Origin: Ionaspis alba | Taxonomy: Eukaryota | NCBI GenBank assembly: GCA_964255285.1 | Contig: CAXUUL010000018.1 | Location: 44,152 to 64,151 of the forward strand | Length of the DNA: 20,000 bases | Direction: 5' to 3' | Part shown: positions 1-11,700 of the stretch, in pieces | How positions within the stretch are numbered: the stretch's first letter is position 1 | Layout of the letters: each line of letters opens with the position of its first letter | The notes under the pieces: model-generated | The model's database searches: none | What the model saw: the letters and a program-made list of their open reading frames with translations, nothing else | What the model was told of the DNA's origin: nothing | Made by a program: the position numbers and the translations under genes

Positions 1-190
1 TGGCGTTAGGCAGGCATGGTAAATATACCCTACAGCTCCAGTGTCCAAAAAGGCTGATCCAATTCTGATATCTGTCGAGTCATCGTGTATTTCAACTAAA
101 TATGCCAGAGAACGCGAACTAATAGCTGTCGCAATTACAATCACAACCGCCACCCCCACTGTAAACATCTACAGCAAAAGCGCCTCCATA

Positions 191-913
191 TCATGAATCT
201 ATGCCGCCCGCTGGGCTGGAATGTGAGCCAGATCCTTTTCGGCTCGCGAATACCCTCTTTAACCACTTTCTCTTCCTTCCCTTTCCCTTTCCCCTGCCCT
301 TCTCACTCCCCTCATTCTCCTTCTCTTTCCCCTTTCCCTTGCCCATCCCCTTCCGACAGTCATCCAGTCCCGCAATCACCTCCTGGTAAGTACCCACTCG
401 CCGACCAGGCAGCAATCTCCCCCCATTCTCCATCTTGGGGCCTTTATCACCACCCCCCGCTGAGAAATCAGCCGATGTGGCTGCCGGCAGCCCTCCCCGC
501 GGGATCCTCTCAATGTCCAGCTCTGGACATTCGGACGCAATGAGCGAGGTCAGCGTCCAAAGCGGCGGGCGAGAGTGCATTCGTGGCTCTTCTAAAGCCG
601 GTCGGTCCTCAGGTTTCCCACCCAGGACGGGCGGGCCAGCGGCTGCGGAAGCGGAGGAATGCGAAGGCAAAGAGCTGATCCCAGGCCCAGATGACGCAGA
701 AGGTGAAGCCTTCCCGTCTTCCGAGCGAGGAACACCACTTCCAGGTGTCGTGGGTGTGTCTTGGCCACCCGCCGAGTTCGGAGTCGCGGGAGGGGAGGGG
801 GGAGCGGTTGCAGATGCTGCCTTGGTCGAAAGAGATGGTAGGAGGGATTTGTGCGTTATTTGGTAGAAGGTTATTGGGTTTGAGGATGACGGGGCAGAAG
901 TGGAAGGAGACAT
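191..913 (-). CDS. Hypothetical low-complexity protein (240 aa; Ser/Pro-rich N-half, Lys/Gly-rich basic C-terminus)
   Basis: Distal part of ORF 191..1624. The best start is the ATG at 913 (MSPSTSAPSSSNPITFYQITHK...), where GC-rich coding-like composition begins. A TATA-like TATATA lies at ~1149-1156 upstream. No family recognised. Confidence 0.6.
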   Translation of the reverse strand: MSPSTSAPSSSNPITFYQITHKSLLPSLSTKAASATAPPSPPATPNSAGGQDTPTTPGSGVPRSEDGKASPSASSGPGISSLPSHSSASAAAGPPVLGGKPEDRPALEEPRMHSRPPLWTLTSLIASECPELDIERIPRGGLPAATSADFSAGGGDKGPKMENGGRLLPGRRVGTYQEVIAGLDDCRKGMGKGKGKEKENEGSEKGRGKGKGRKRKWLKRVFASRKGSGSHSSPAGGIDS

Positions 914-2304
914 TCTGGTTGGGGTGAGTGGTGAGAATTTTGTGGTGGATAGTGGATAGGAGAGATTGGACTGTGAGGTGGTATTCGAAGTGGGTGGTCG
1001 GGTGAAATGGCAGACTGTGTGCTGTCTTCGGTGTGATGGGTCTAACAGAGGGTCGATGTGGTTGTCCTTTCGATGAAGATGGATTTGTGCGTTGAAGGTG
1101 CAGATTGATTGCTGGTTGGGTTTGATTCGGGAGGAGAGACACTGAGATCTATATATCTGGGCTCGAGTGGTCAGTGCATTTGTTCTCGTGATGCAGAATC
1201 TGCGATAATGGATTTGTTGAGAAAGGTTATTTGCATGGCTTCGGCCATTTGTGGTCTTGAAAGTTTGTTTCGGATTACCGAGCCAAAGTATGATCTTTAC
1301 AATTCTCTTACAGCTTTGGAGATCGCAGCACTGGAAAGAACACATGTTGAAGACAGCCATTGTCTCGGCCAGAACTAAGGTCTTGGTGGTTGCGGAGATA
1401 CCACAAAATCGGAAAGACCCATCACGGACGTGGACTATACCGTGGTTCGGGGTAATGGCAATAAGTGTATGAGTGAGCCACCCGGTACTTCGAGGTTGAC
1501 CCAAAGCTTCATCGATAAGGCAAACCCTAATTGAGCCTCGAAAGCCCTCGGCTGCCCGATTTCCTGACAACCTTCTTTGGCAACTGGAAGGGTACTCAAT
1601 CTTAGGGTTCTGGAGTGCTTGCATCGTTTATATGCTTTATCAGGGCTTAGGGAAGCCGCGATTCGTTGACCTTTCCGAAAGGATAAAGTGCTTCGTTTCA
1701 TGCTTGAGCCAAAGTAATCGCCACTGGCATGAGCTAGTTTTCGCAAGGTCCAGGCTTTCCCTTTTGTCCTGAAAGGTGAACTTTTCCTGTCGCCAGCTTC
1801 TATGCCTTACTTCTCTAGAGAGTCCACTACGTGTTCATCGCGGAGATTTAGGCATACACAAACACTATCCTGGATAGCTCTAGGTTGGATCAGGACCGAG
1901 GTGTCTCTAGTAGTAGAAGGCCTGTGGAACCCAAATTAGAGGCATATCCTTGAGACGAGCAATGGCAGCTTTGATGGTGCGGGTAAAATAGCTTGAATGA
2001 GCTCCTATCTTCAGACGAGGCATTTCAAATCTACTGCTCTGCAGGTTGACACGAAGGAGAGGGTGACTGCCAGAAGAATTCGTCTCATTGATCATGTGAA
2101 GACATTTGGAGCATGAGGCTTCAGTTACAGCATACTAACAGTTCTAGAAAAGGGATCATATATAGAATTGCCTAGGTATTGGTACCTACAAGTAGTACAA
2201 AGAATTCTTGATATCCGTGGGGTATCACGCTGGATCAAAACAAGATGAAACGCCCTCCAATCGCAAAGAACGCCGTGATTTACAATCCCAGAAAATAGAC
2301 AATA

Positions 2305-3252
2305 TCACGAGGGCACAACCAAAAATCCTGCCGCATCCGACTTTCCCGGCTCCGCAACCTTTGCCCCAGCGCCCTCACCGGCGCTGGCCTTCCCCTCGAC
2401 CTCATCGGCAAACGAGACCTTCCGTACCGGTTTTGAGGCGTCAGAGGGGCTTGAGGGTTTCGGCGGCTTGCCGACCACCGCCTCCTCCGTCACCCAGAAT
2501 CTGACAGGCGGCGGCCCCTGGTCTGCCCAGTACATTTGGCACAGCTGCAGGATTTTCGGCTCTACGTGTTGGTAGACCACCATATCCCGCGGCTGTAGGA
2601 CAATTGCCAGTACCATGGTCTCGTCACCGGCTAGGGCCTCATCTTCGCTTGTCGAGCACAGGGCGATGTGCGGGCACGTGAAATTGGAGTCCCAGAAGAT
2701 GTCCCCTGCTTGTTTGAGGACTTTGCTCACGTGCCCGCTCCAGCGATTGTGCCCAGTGACTTTCCAGAGGCGGGGAGCTGCAGAGCCGTTTCCTGGAAGG
2801 ACGCTCTGGACGAGGCGGGACGGGCGGGAGGCGAGGCTGTCACCGGTCTTCTCGGACTCGAGGGATGTCGTCCTCGAAGAGGTGGTTGCCGCAGTCGACC
2901 ACGTGTCAGCTGTGACCGTGCTGATGCAACCAAGGGAATCGTCCCTTCGGTGGAGGTGGGAGAAGGATCTGGCTCGGAAGGAGTCCTCCTTCGTTGCTTC
3001 CGAGCCAGGTCCTCGAACGGTCGTCGTCGGCGAGAGACAGTTCTTGTCCGACGAGCGCAGAGAAGAGGACGTCGAAGAGCGGAGGGAAGGTTGGGCCGCG
3101 GAAGTCGCGGGAATTTGAGCTGCTGACTCCGCAGCGGAGGATTGGTGTGTTGTCGACTCAACGTCGACAGGGCGATTCAACGTAGGTGTACGTTGGGAGC
3201 TCTCTCCTTTCGAGCGAGAAAAGAAGCGGGACACGCTGGAAAGGGCAGGCAT
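2305..3252 (-). CDS. Hypothetical protein (315 aa), Ser/Thr-rich N-half, small globular-looking segment, C-terminal RVxF-like motif
   Basis: Within ORF 2305..3459; first in-frame ATG at 3252 (MPALSSVSRFFSRSK...). GC-rich coding-like sequence, TATA-like ATATATATA at ~3418-3426 upstream. No family recognised. Confidence 0.7.
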   Translation of the reverse strand: MPALSSVSRFFSRSKGESSQRTPTLNRPVDVESTTHQSSAAESAAQIPATSAAQPSLRSSTSSSLRSSDKNCLSPTTTVRGPGSEATKEDSFRARSFSHLHRRDDSLGCISTVTADTWSTAATTSSRTTSLESEKTGDSLASRPSRLVQSVLPGNGSAAPRLWKVTGHNRWSGHVSKVLKQAGDIFWDSNFTCPHIALCSTSEDEALAGDETMVLAIVLQPRDMVVYQHVEPKILQLCQMYWADQGPPPVRFWVTEEAVVGKPPKPSSPSDASKPVRKVSFADEVEGKASAGEGAGAKVAEPGKSDAAGFLVVPS

Positions 3253-3902
3253 GATGGTCTTTGGTGTGGAAAGGGAAAGGACGAAAGTAGAGGCAGAAAT
3301 GGTTCGGAATAAGTATGGAAGGGTAGGATTTGTGCGATGGCTCTTCTGGTGGAGTTGCTCTTTAAATTGGAAGGAAGATGATGAAAGTTGATGATCTCTA
3401 CAATGGGGATGGGGCTCATATATATACTGTCCCCTCGATGGCTGGACTTGCTCGAACAATCACCATGGGCGTCTGAATGCCCAAAACAGCAGGGTAAGAA
3501 TGGCGCAAAAATTGTACCAGACAATACAGTCCCCACTGAGGCAAACTCGAAAGACCAAAACAGTACTTAGCTTTATCACAATTAATTTACCGACAGCGGA
3601 GTTCAGACTAGAGAGGTAGCCAAGACTTGCAAACTGCGGTAGGTCGTAACACTTTCCACGGACTCAAGACTGCGCTGCAGTGAGAAATGGTCTACCAGAT
3701 GGGTTACGACCCGCAAGGATTTCAATATTCTTGGACGCGTGGAGAAGAATGTACTGGAACCAGAACACCCCTACACAGTGAACCACCGGCCGCGCGACGC
3801 ATCTCTTCTACTGGCTCAAATAGCTTCACAACTCATCACCATTCGTGGCTTCGAGGAAGTATAGCGAGCTAGGTTTGACCCACATTTCCTTTCTCGATGA
3901 TC

Positions 3903-6900
3903 TCAAAAGCCTGACTTGCGGATAAGCTTCTTCTTTTTGAACGTACCTGGACGAGCTCCTTTAGACCCAGCTTCTGGCTGACTTTGGGTCATAAAGGCCT
4001 GGACCGACTGACTGCTACTCGCTACCACAGCAGACTGGCTTCCGAAGACTCTGGAAGGAATTGTTTGTGAAGCCAACGCTTGAGAATTCTGGCGCTGCCT
4101 TTTTTTAGTCATCCTTCTTTGCAGCTTGGACATGAATGCATTTTCAACACCGTCTTTCTCATCTAGAGACGATAACGCGCGGTGCGTCTTGTTCCAGTCG
4201 TATGCTTCAGGATTTTGACCCACTTGCCAGTGGCTGACTAGCTTTGACATCGATTCGGACAACGACGGAGGGGTTTCTAGTGAAGTCAAGCGTTTCAGTC
4301 GGTCATACGACAAATCCATCTCGGCAGTGTGCGAGGACATCGACGGCTGCGAATGCAACGAAGGTGTCGCTTCGGGTGTTGGCAGCATATTTTGGGATTG
4401 TTGGGGGGTTGTACTAGTCGATAGTGGTTCTGAAAGGTGGGGAAAGAACTTGTCCTTGAGAATCTCTTTGCCTTTCCCGGTTGGAGCTCCAATTGAAGCC
4501 TTGCGTCTCAGTGGTAAGTCATGTCGTCTCCCACTCATGTCCCGAGTTGATGAATTAGTATCGAGCTCCTGGCACATACTTGGACCACGTTGCAGTCCGT
4601 GTGAGGCAAGATAGATTTGTACAGCAGCCTTCCTTATTTCCTTTTCTAGCTTTACTCGTGCTCGACTCGGCACGGCATGAGAAATTCCACTCATCCATAG
4701 ATCAAGGAGATTTTCGTATACGTCCATGAGCATTGTGCTTTCTTCGCGATCCACAGAGTTTCGGTTGTAATCGATTGCTGCAGGGGTTCGCAGGGGGTGA
4801 ACTCTCAATCGATCTTCCAGATCATGCTCCGAGTCGTCACACGAGGGCAGGGGTTTACCGTCCTCATATACGTAGTCAAAAAGTGTTTGTAGCATTTGTG
4901 AGCCGTTCCCAACATCATTAAAAGAACTCTCGGGTAGGATTTCGAACCTGTTGAAGTTATCAGTGTGGAATGTATAACTTGTGAGCGTAGCCTACGTACA
5001 GTGGCCGAATCCCTTTTCCTTGAGAACTCATGGAGCCAATAACGTCCTCCACTAACTGTTCGGAAGACTCGGGAGCCTTGATATCTGATTGCGTAGACAC
5101 CTTTCGATCTTCGATCTGATCCACCAACCATTCAAGTTGGGAAGTCCTCGAGTTGGCTGCAGTTAAATACAAACGCTGTCCAGCTCGTGTATGTCCCCTC
5201 AATGGCTCAGTCTCCATGTGATCATCTACATGCTCATAAGCTTGATCTGGTACCACAAAATCGTCATCAACTACTCTCGCAGCGCTCTTCGATATCTTGG
5301 CTTTGTCGATGCGATTGCATGTTTGATGCTGCACGTTATCTCCTCGCGCGGCCCAAACGTACACGTGCTCATGAACTGACAAATCGTGGTACAAGGCGAA
5401 GAACTTGAAAATCGAGGTTTCTGCTCCAGACGAAGAAACTTCATTATCCAGTCCGTGAGCGAAAGATAGGCTGTCTTGATTGAGAGGTAGCACATATAGA
5501 GCAGCCAGTGGGGGTGTGGACTTCGTGGACTGCTCACTCTGCAGTCGGTTTAACGTCACAAGAGATGGGTCTGAGATGGATTGAGGTAGGTTCGAAGTGG
5601 ACGACTGAGTGAAGGTATAGCATGTCACGATGCTCGAGATTCTGCTATAAAGAAACGCAAAGGCTACTTAAGCCAATTAGCCAGCTTCCAGCAGAACGAA
5701 CATGAATCTCTATACCCTCCACGCTACCTGTCAAGTGCAACTGCAAACTGATATCGTGCGGGCTGCGAAAATGCCTCCCGGAGAGTAGAGTTTTATCAGT
5801 TGCGTGACCGAACCTTGCGCTTTCCTCTTCATACGATGATACATTCAGCCAGAAGATACGAACCGTCGTTAGTACGAAGATCTGAGAAACATTAAAAGGA
5901 CTTCTCCTGATGTCGAGAACCCAATCTGACACTGAATCGAGATCAAGCAGCGAGGACTTTAGCAGTCGCGAAGGACTTGTGGTACAATACAGAGCTACAG
6001 TCCTTCGACTTGCTGCCACGATAGTAGCACCGTTCCGTACCCAGATGACAGTGCCCCACCCGTCCGCGTTGTCGATAGTCTCATCCGCCTTGTCAGGTCG
6101 CAAGACTTGTCCTGATGATCCAGCCTGTAAAGACCAGAAGCTTGAGTTGTTTGCACGGTCCTCTATAGTCCAAGTAGACCAACAACCTTCAGCATCCAGA
6201 ATCGCAAACTGACGAGCATTCCATGGATTAAACGCAAAGTCAACATGGGCTGCTCCTCCAGTGCGTGTTGTAGTCAAAGCCAGAACACAATTGGCGTCTA
6301 AACGCGATGGCTCGTTGTGTAATCTTTGTCCAGAACTTCCAACATGTGTATTCGAATACACAGGCACGACTCTCATTACGGGTTTAAGGATTGATATGAC
6401 GCCGGGTGCTCTGATGGCAAGCCAGTCGCCTGATTCGTCGCCTCCTTCGGAGAAGCATATCTGTTGAATAGAAGTCCCCATCCCTGCCCATAACACTTGC
6501 TCTGTGCGCACGAATGTTGGAGTGGAAAACTGGGCTCCTTCATGGCCCTGCCACTTGAGTGGCTTTTCGTTTAGGCTTATAAGCCGAACGACATCTGCAT
6601 TTGGCCCACTAGCAACAGCAGCAATATCAATGGTCTTCTTGTGGTAGCCTCCTATTTCTAGTTTTGCGGCCTTCCCTAATGCGAGAAGTGTAGTTGTCAG
6701 GGGATCTGTCAGGATTGTTGCATCAATGACAGCCTCAGACACTTGAGCTAGTTGAGGCAGGAGAAAAGTTGCAGGAGCCAGGTATGGATTTACTGCAACA
6801 AGATCTTGTATTTGTGTAATTCGATCGGCTGCTCGATAGGTGGCACGTGGGGCTTGGGGTAGCCTTGTTGGATTGACTGTGACAATTGGTTCTCCGATTG

Positions 6901-7068
6901 CTCTCAAGGACCAACCTGCTCATAGTCAGTGGATTATCGTGGGAGTCCAGACATTCAGTACTCACGTATATGTCTAGAGCGATTGAAAAGCCATTGCTCC
7001 TTCTCTCCATCATAGACAGCTTCGCCCAAATGACCGTAGGAAAGGTCACTTGGGTTTACTCTGATCAT
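3903..7068 (-). CDS. RRN6: RNA polymerase I core factor subunit Rrn6 (TAF1C-like), ~1003 aa
   Basis: Exons 7068-6966, 6915-5716, 5663-5000, 4947-3903 (3012 nt, in frame) joined by GT-AG introns of 50, 52 and 52 nt. N-terminal DLSYGHLGEAVYD..W.F, beta-propeller-like HVDFAFNPWNARQFAILDAEGCWSTW, LYSR, and C-terminal HWQVGQNPEAYDW ... SQ-rich ... KKKKLIRKSGF all match my recollection of filamentous-fungal Rrn6. Confidence 0.85.
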
Positions 7069-7416
7069 TCGGTCGCCGTCTCTGTCGAACTTTGGTCCTG
7101 GAGGTTGAATTGGCGAGGATAGGCATTGTAGGAAAGTACAGTATAAAGTTGTAGACTATAGAGCATAAAGCTGGTCACCGTCTACCATAAGTGATGGTCT
7201 TTTGTGATATATCACGTAGTCTTGTAGCAAACTTCACGCTGATCTTGGCGCGTCCAGTGCTGCACAGACCAACGCTTATCTACAAGCAGCTATTGCGCTA
7301 AGAAGTCCAAAGTAAACAAAAGAATCCGGGCCAACTTCGACCGCAACGACATTCACCACAACATCGCCCACATTCGTCATCCCTACCACATATCTTAGGC
7401 TTCAATTTTTCAGCCG
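7069..7416. promoter_or_regulatory. Short divergent promoter between RRN6 and SPC25, with a forkhead-type site and an MCB-like core
   Basis: About 350 bp between head-to-head start codons. GTAAACAAA at 7312-7320 and GGCGCGTC at 7247-7254. Confidence 0.45.
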
Positions 7417-7431
7417 ATGCTGAGGCCAACA

Positions 7432-8268
7432 ATGGCGACTCTTTTCGAACCTTCGCTCTCAACGAGCACAATGCGCCAGTCTCTCTCGGCAACGACGACT
7501 TCAGCGGCTGACTCGCTCCCAAACATCAATTTTGGCTTCGATGAACTTCGCGATCGTATGGCCCGCTTCACAAACCGCTTCGACAATTTCATCGCCGAAG
7601 GTCGTAAACGTGTCCTCGAAGAGCGTAATCACTTCCGGCTGAATGTTGCTGAGCTGCACGGTATGTCGGCCTCGGCCCTTCCTTCTGGCTTCCACAGTGG
7701 ACTGACTTGTACCCTCATTGCAGAGGATCAGAAAACGAAAAAGCGTGACCTTGAAATCCTCTCGCAGAAAGCTACCACGCACAATCATGTCCTCGCCAAA
7801 GAAGCTGCCGAAACGGAGGAAATGCACTCGGCTATCGACGCTATCACGATCCAACACACCGCGCGGTCCCATCACCGAGATACGCTTCTCGGGCAGAAAG
7901 CCGCTGTCCAAAAACAAATCGCCGCGCGTCTCGACGTTCAGCGGCAGCACGCAGCCCAATTTGATTTTCAAGCAGCGTTCAATGGACCGGAGCTGGACTT
8001 CTGGGTCGAGTACTTGGGCCTTCGGATCGAAGGCGCCGGAATGGCTGATCGATTGAAGTTCGTCTTCACACAGATTGACGATAGGGATTGGGAGAGAGAA
8101 GCTTGGTTTGAGCTTTGTACCGAGCGGAGGGAGTATGAAGTATTGCATTGGGCACCTAAAGTCGAGAAGGAGAGGGTGGACGAAGTAGTAGAGAGATTGA
8201 ATGAGGGACGAGATCTAGGAATTTTTTTGAAGAGGATGAGAGAACTCTTTGTGGAGGCAACGAGATAA
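7432..8268 (+). CDS. SPC25: Ndc80 kinetochore complex subunit Spc25 (~257 aa)
   Basis: Exons 7432-7660 and 7724-8268, with intron GTATGT...ACTGAC...CAG at 7661-7723. Sequence LPNINFGFDELRDRMARFT.RFD.FI..GRKRVLEERN, then a coiled coil, then RWD-type domain ELDFWVEYLGLRIEGAGMADRLKFVFTQID...FLKRMRELF. An alternative in-frame ATG lies at 7417. Confidence 0.92.
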   Translation: MATLFEPSLSTSTMRQSLSATTTSAADSLPNINFGFDELRDRMARFTNRFDNFIAEGRKRVLEERNHFRLNVAELHGMSASALPSGFHSGLTCTLIAEDQKTKKRDLEILSQKATTHNHVLAKEAAETEEMHSAIDAITIQHTARSHHRDTLLGQKAAVQKQIAARLDVQRQHAAQFDFQAAFNGPELDFWVEYLGLRIEGAGMADRLKFVFTQIDDRDWEREAWFELCTERREYEVLHWAPKVEKERVDEVVERLNEGRDLGIFLKRMRELFVEATR

Positions 8269-8763
8269 TGACCGTGGGCGCAAGATGATGATATGGAAAG
8301 TATTGGGGAACACCCTCTAGGTCTGTTGAGTAAAGTGAGCAAATACGGGTAGTTAGTCAAATACTTTGAACCACTCAAGGCGAGGTCGTAGGAACTTTTC
8401 ATCTATCATTACTAACTATCACACACTTCGTGCCAACATAAGGAAGGTCGTCCTGGATATCTCCGCTATGCTCCAATATTTCGAGTGTTCAAGATCAACC
8501 CTGTTTACCCCTCGAAGCAAACTCAGGTCTATCTACTATGAACTCCAGGTTCACTTATTGTCACAGCTGGAAAGATCAGGCCGCCATAACGTGTGAGGAG
8601 TTTGCTGGAAGCGTTGGAAACAAGTGACTGTACCTCAGACACCGTAAAAGTCCCATCCATCCAGCTCGTCCAAGATTGCCGACATCGAGCGTGGTGCGGT
8701 AGGCAGAGAATCTTCTCTCTTTGGAGGAGGTACCGAATACTCGGAACGCAGTTCCAGATCGAG

Positions 8764-11700
8764 TCACAGCTCGTCATCTTGATCGATGTCCGCTGGTTTG
8801 AGCAAGCCCCCGACCTTCTTGGCTCGTTCCATTTCAGCGTCTTTCACAGCCCTTTGTTCAAGATCACGATCCTCCGCGAAAAGTTCAGCGTTGTCACCAG
8901 AGAACTCTTTCAAACCAATCAAGAAGTCGCGAAGATTGGTCTTGAATCTGTTGATGTCGCTCTGATAGGTAAACAGCCCCTCAATGAACTGCTGCACTTG
9001 TATTCTGTATTTGTTAGCGCAGCCATGTAGAATCTTGGAACTTCAATCACGTACGGTTGAAGATTTGGGAATGCGGTGTGTAGAAGGTTTCCGACGAATC
9101 CGTATAGGAAGTCTTTGTTAGAAGTACCAGGCTGGGCTTGTGCTGGTGTGTAGATCGGCTGATTGATTTTCCCCGATTCGATGAAGTAGAACATTCTCGC
9201 CAATAGCATGGATTGTGTCTTGAAACCTAAAGAACTGTAAGCATTTTTACCAGTTTGTGATAGTCGCCGTACTGACCAGCTTTGTGATCGGTGTCTGTAA
9301 GCACGAAGAACACATCCTGCAAAATAGAGATGAAGAACTGCTGGAAGAAGGCGGTCGATGTCTGCTGGTCAGTCTCGGCCATGTTGTCGATGAGTTCGAT
9401 GCACATTGTGAGACCAGTGTTCTCGACTTCACGATTGTCGTGCTTGCTAGCCCATAAACAGGAGTCGATGACAAACTTGAACTGACGCTGATCAAGCTTC
9501 AGAAGTGCCGGGAAACAGTAGAGATTAATTGCTTTCAGAAGCTTGAAGAATTCGACGCGATGCTCTGGGTATTCTGAGAAGTCCTTGTTTATCATCTCCA
9601 AGGTACACTCAAAAACGTTCTCCATGATGGTAGGGACTTTGTCTTCCATCAAGCTCTATTTACGCGTCAGCGGGTGATTATGTTGAGTCGATCGTCGGTT
9701 CTGACCGAGTGCTTGGAGGTCCGAGGGGTCCAACGTACATGAAGCTTAGCAATGATGGTTGTCATAACATTCAGAACTTCCGCGTCACGCGCGTCTGGAA
9801 CATTGCGATTGTAATCCACCAGTACCGCCTCCAAAAGAGGAGGAACGATATTAGAATTGACCATGTCGAGGTCGTCGGCCTTCTGAACGTAGCTGTCAAT
9901 GAGCTTTAGAATCTCTTTCTTGATCGTCCGTAGTCCGCGGATTCTAGGTGTTTTCGTGGCGATAGTACCTGTAACGGGAAGTCAACCACGGTCTTGTAGT
10001 TTTTGCCGAAGAAGCAGTAATAACCTTCCCTCTGCACGCAATCTGATATCATTGTACTTGTAGCTCGATACATCGACAGCATGTCAAGATAAATACGCCC
10101 GATCTGGGGGTAGAAGTAGCTTCCGATCGATGAACAGGCTGCAACATTGGTCTTCATGATATTGCCGACTATCTTGATGGTCTCGCCATCCTGGAGAATG
10201 GATGGATCCTGGTTGGCAGAAGAAATGATCTGATCCCACTGAAAACGGGATCAGTCTCTCACTTTAATGACAGGTCGGGCGTACTTACTGCCTGGTTTGG
10301 ATAGGACATCAATTCTCCAATCAACCTCTCCTGGGTGCCTTTCTGGCCTTGAGCTGAGATCATGTACCCACAAGCTTCATAGAATGTATGCACTTGCTGA
10401 GGTGATAAGTCGCAAGTGATCTTCTGCATGTTACGGACGATTTCCTCGATGAATGGCTCGCTCTCGCCGGGTTGCAAAGCAACGAAATGCCTTTTGCATT
10501 TGTTTGCAATCTTGATGAACGTATCGCAGGCCATATCTTGAACACCTGTAAAGATTTAGTATCTTGGAAAATGGGGAGATATCTCAAAAGGATGCAATGA
10601 ACCTTCGTGCGTTTCGTGCATGAACTCGAAAAGTTTATTGACCACAGTCTTCAGAAACTTCCAGTGAGCTTTGAGAAACCGGGGATACTGGCCAACAATG
10701 TACATGATATTGCTCGCAACAACCGCCTTGTTGTCCTTGCCACGCTTCGCTTCGGTCAAGCCCAGCAGGTCTTTGATAACTGTAACCAGGAAGCGTTTCT
10801 CCGTTTCCTCATTCATTGCCCCGGAAATCGAACCGATAGCCCAGCAGAGGGTGTTGCATCTCTGCCAGGACCATTCTGAGTCATCCACCTGTCGGGCGAG
10901 CTTCTCCGACATGATGTTCTCCGTATCGACCACATCTAGGTGAGTGAGGTAGACTAAGACTTCGCGGCTGGTCTTGTACAGCTGGATCGTGTCACTCTCC
11001 TTAACAAACTCACGGACGATCTCCCCCTCATCGTTCTCTACTATCAATACTTCCTCTGGTCGTACCATGTTCTCGATCATTACCAACCGGAGGTGCGAGA
11101 GAACCTCCTCGTATTTGTGCTTACGTAGTGGATAGTTGGCAAGAACATTCGGATGCGGGGCACCACCATTTGATAACCCACTAACGCTCATATTGATCAG
11201 TGGATTGATGTCTGTGATGGGCAACTGTTGCATCTCCTCATAGAGCTCTTGCACAAGTTTGGTCCAGTATTCCAGGCATATCTTGAATATCTCGCGGTCT
11301 TCAATCTGTGATATTCGTATGAGATAGAAGTGGGAGTGGGTCAGGTAATCGCGATTGGGGAGGTTCTCGATGAGCTAAACATGTTAACCAAAAGTCGTTC
11401 GACGTTCAAGATCTGAGACCCTACGTTGATGTGCATTGTGAAGAAATTACAGAGAAATAGAGCTAGGTTCTGCACGAACTCTTGATCCCTCGAATTGCTC
11501 TTAGGATATGTATCCTTGAGACTCATGCTTAGCGGAATGGTCTTGGAGACAGAAGTTACCACTTCCGTGAACATCTGTATGAGCTTCTCATCATAGGCAT
11601 ATTGCGGCCCAATCTGGACGCCAGCAATTTCTGTGAGGCACTTCAAGGTGATATTCCGGAACTCGGGCTGCTCGAGGAATCTGGTCCTCAGTGTGTCGAT

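Noticed and set aside
914..1624. N-terminal 237 codons of the 477-aa ORF 191..1624
   Set aside because: The peptide looks random (Cys/Arg/His-rich) and spans a TATA-like tract and a UTR-like region. It is more likely a chance open frame upstream of the ATG at 913, although an extension is not excluded.
1435..2095. Short minus-strand ORFs 1435..1746 and 1907..2095
   Set aside because: No recognisable motifs, and no convincing splice model joins them.
7501..9030. Antisense ORFs over SPC25 and the CRM1 3' end (7501..8148, 7968..8402, 8593..9030)
   Set aside because: Shadow frames of real genes, with no protein-like features.
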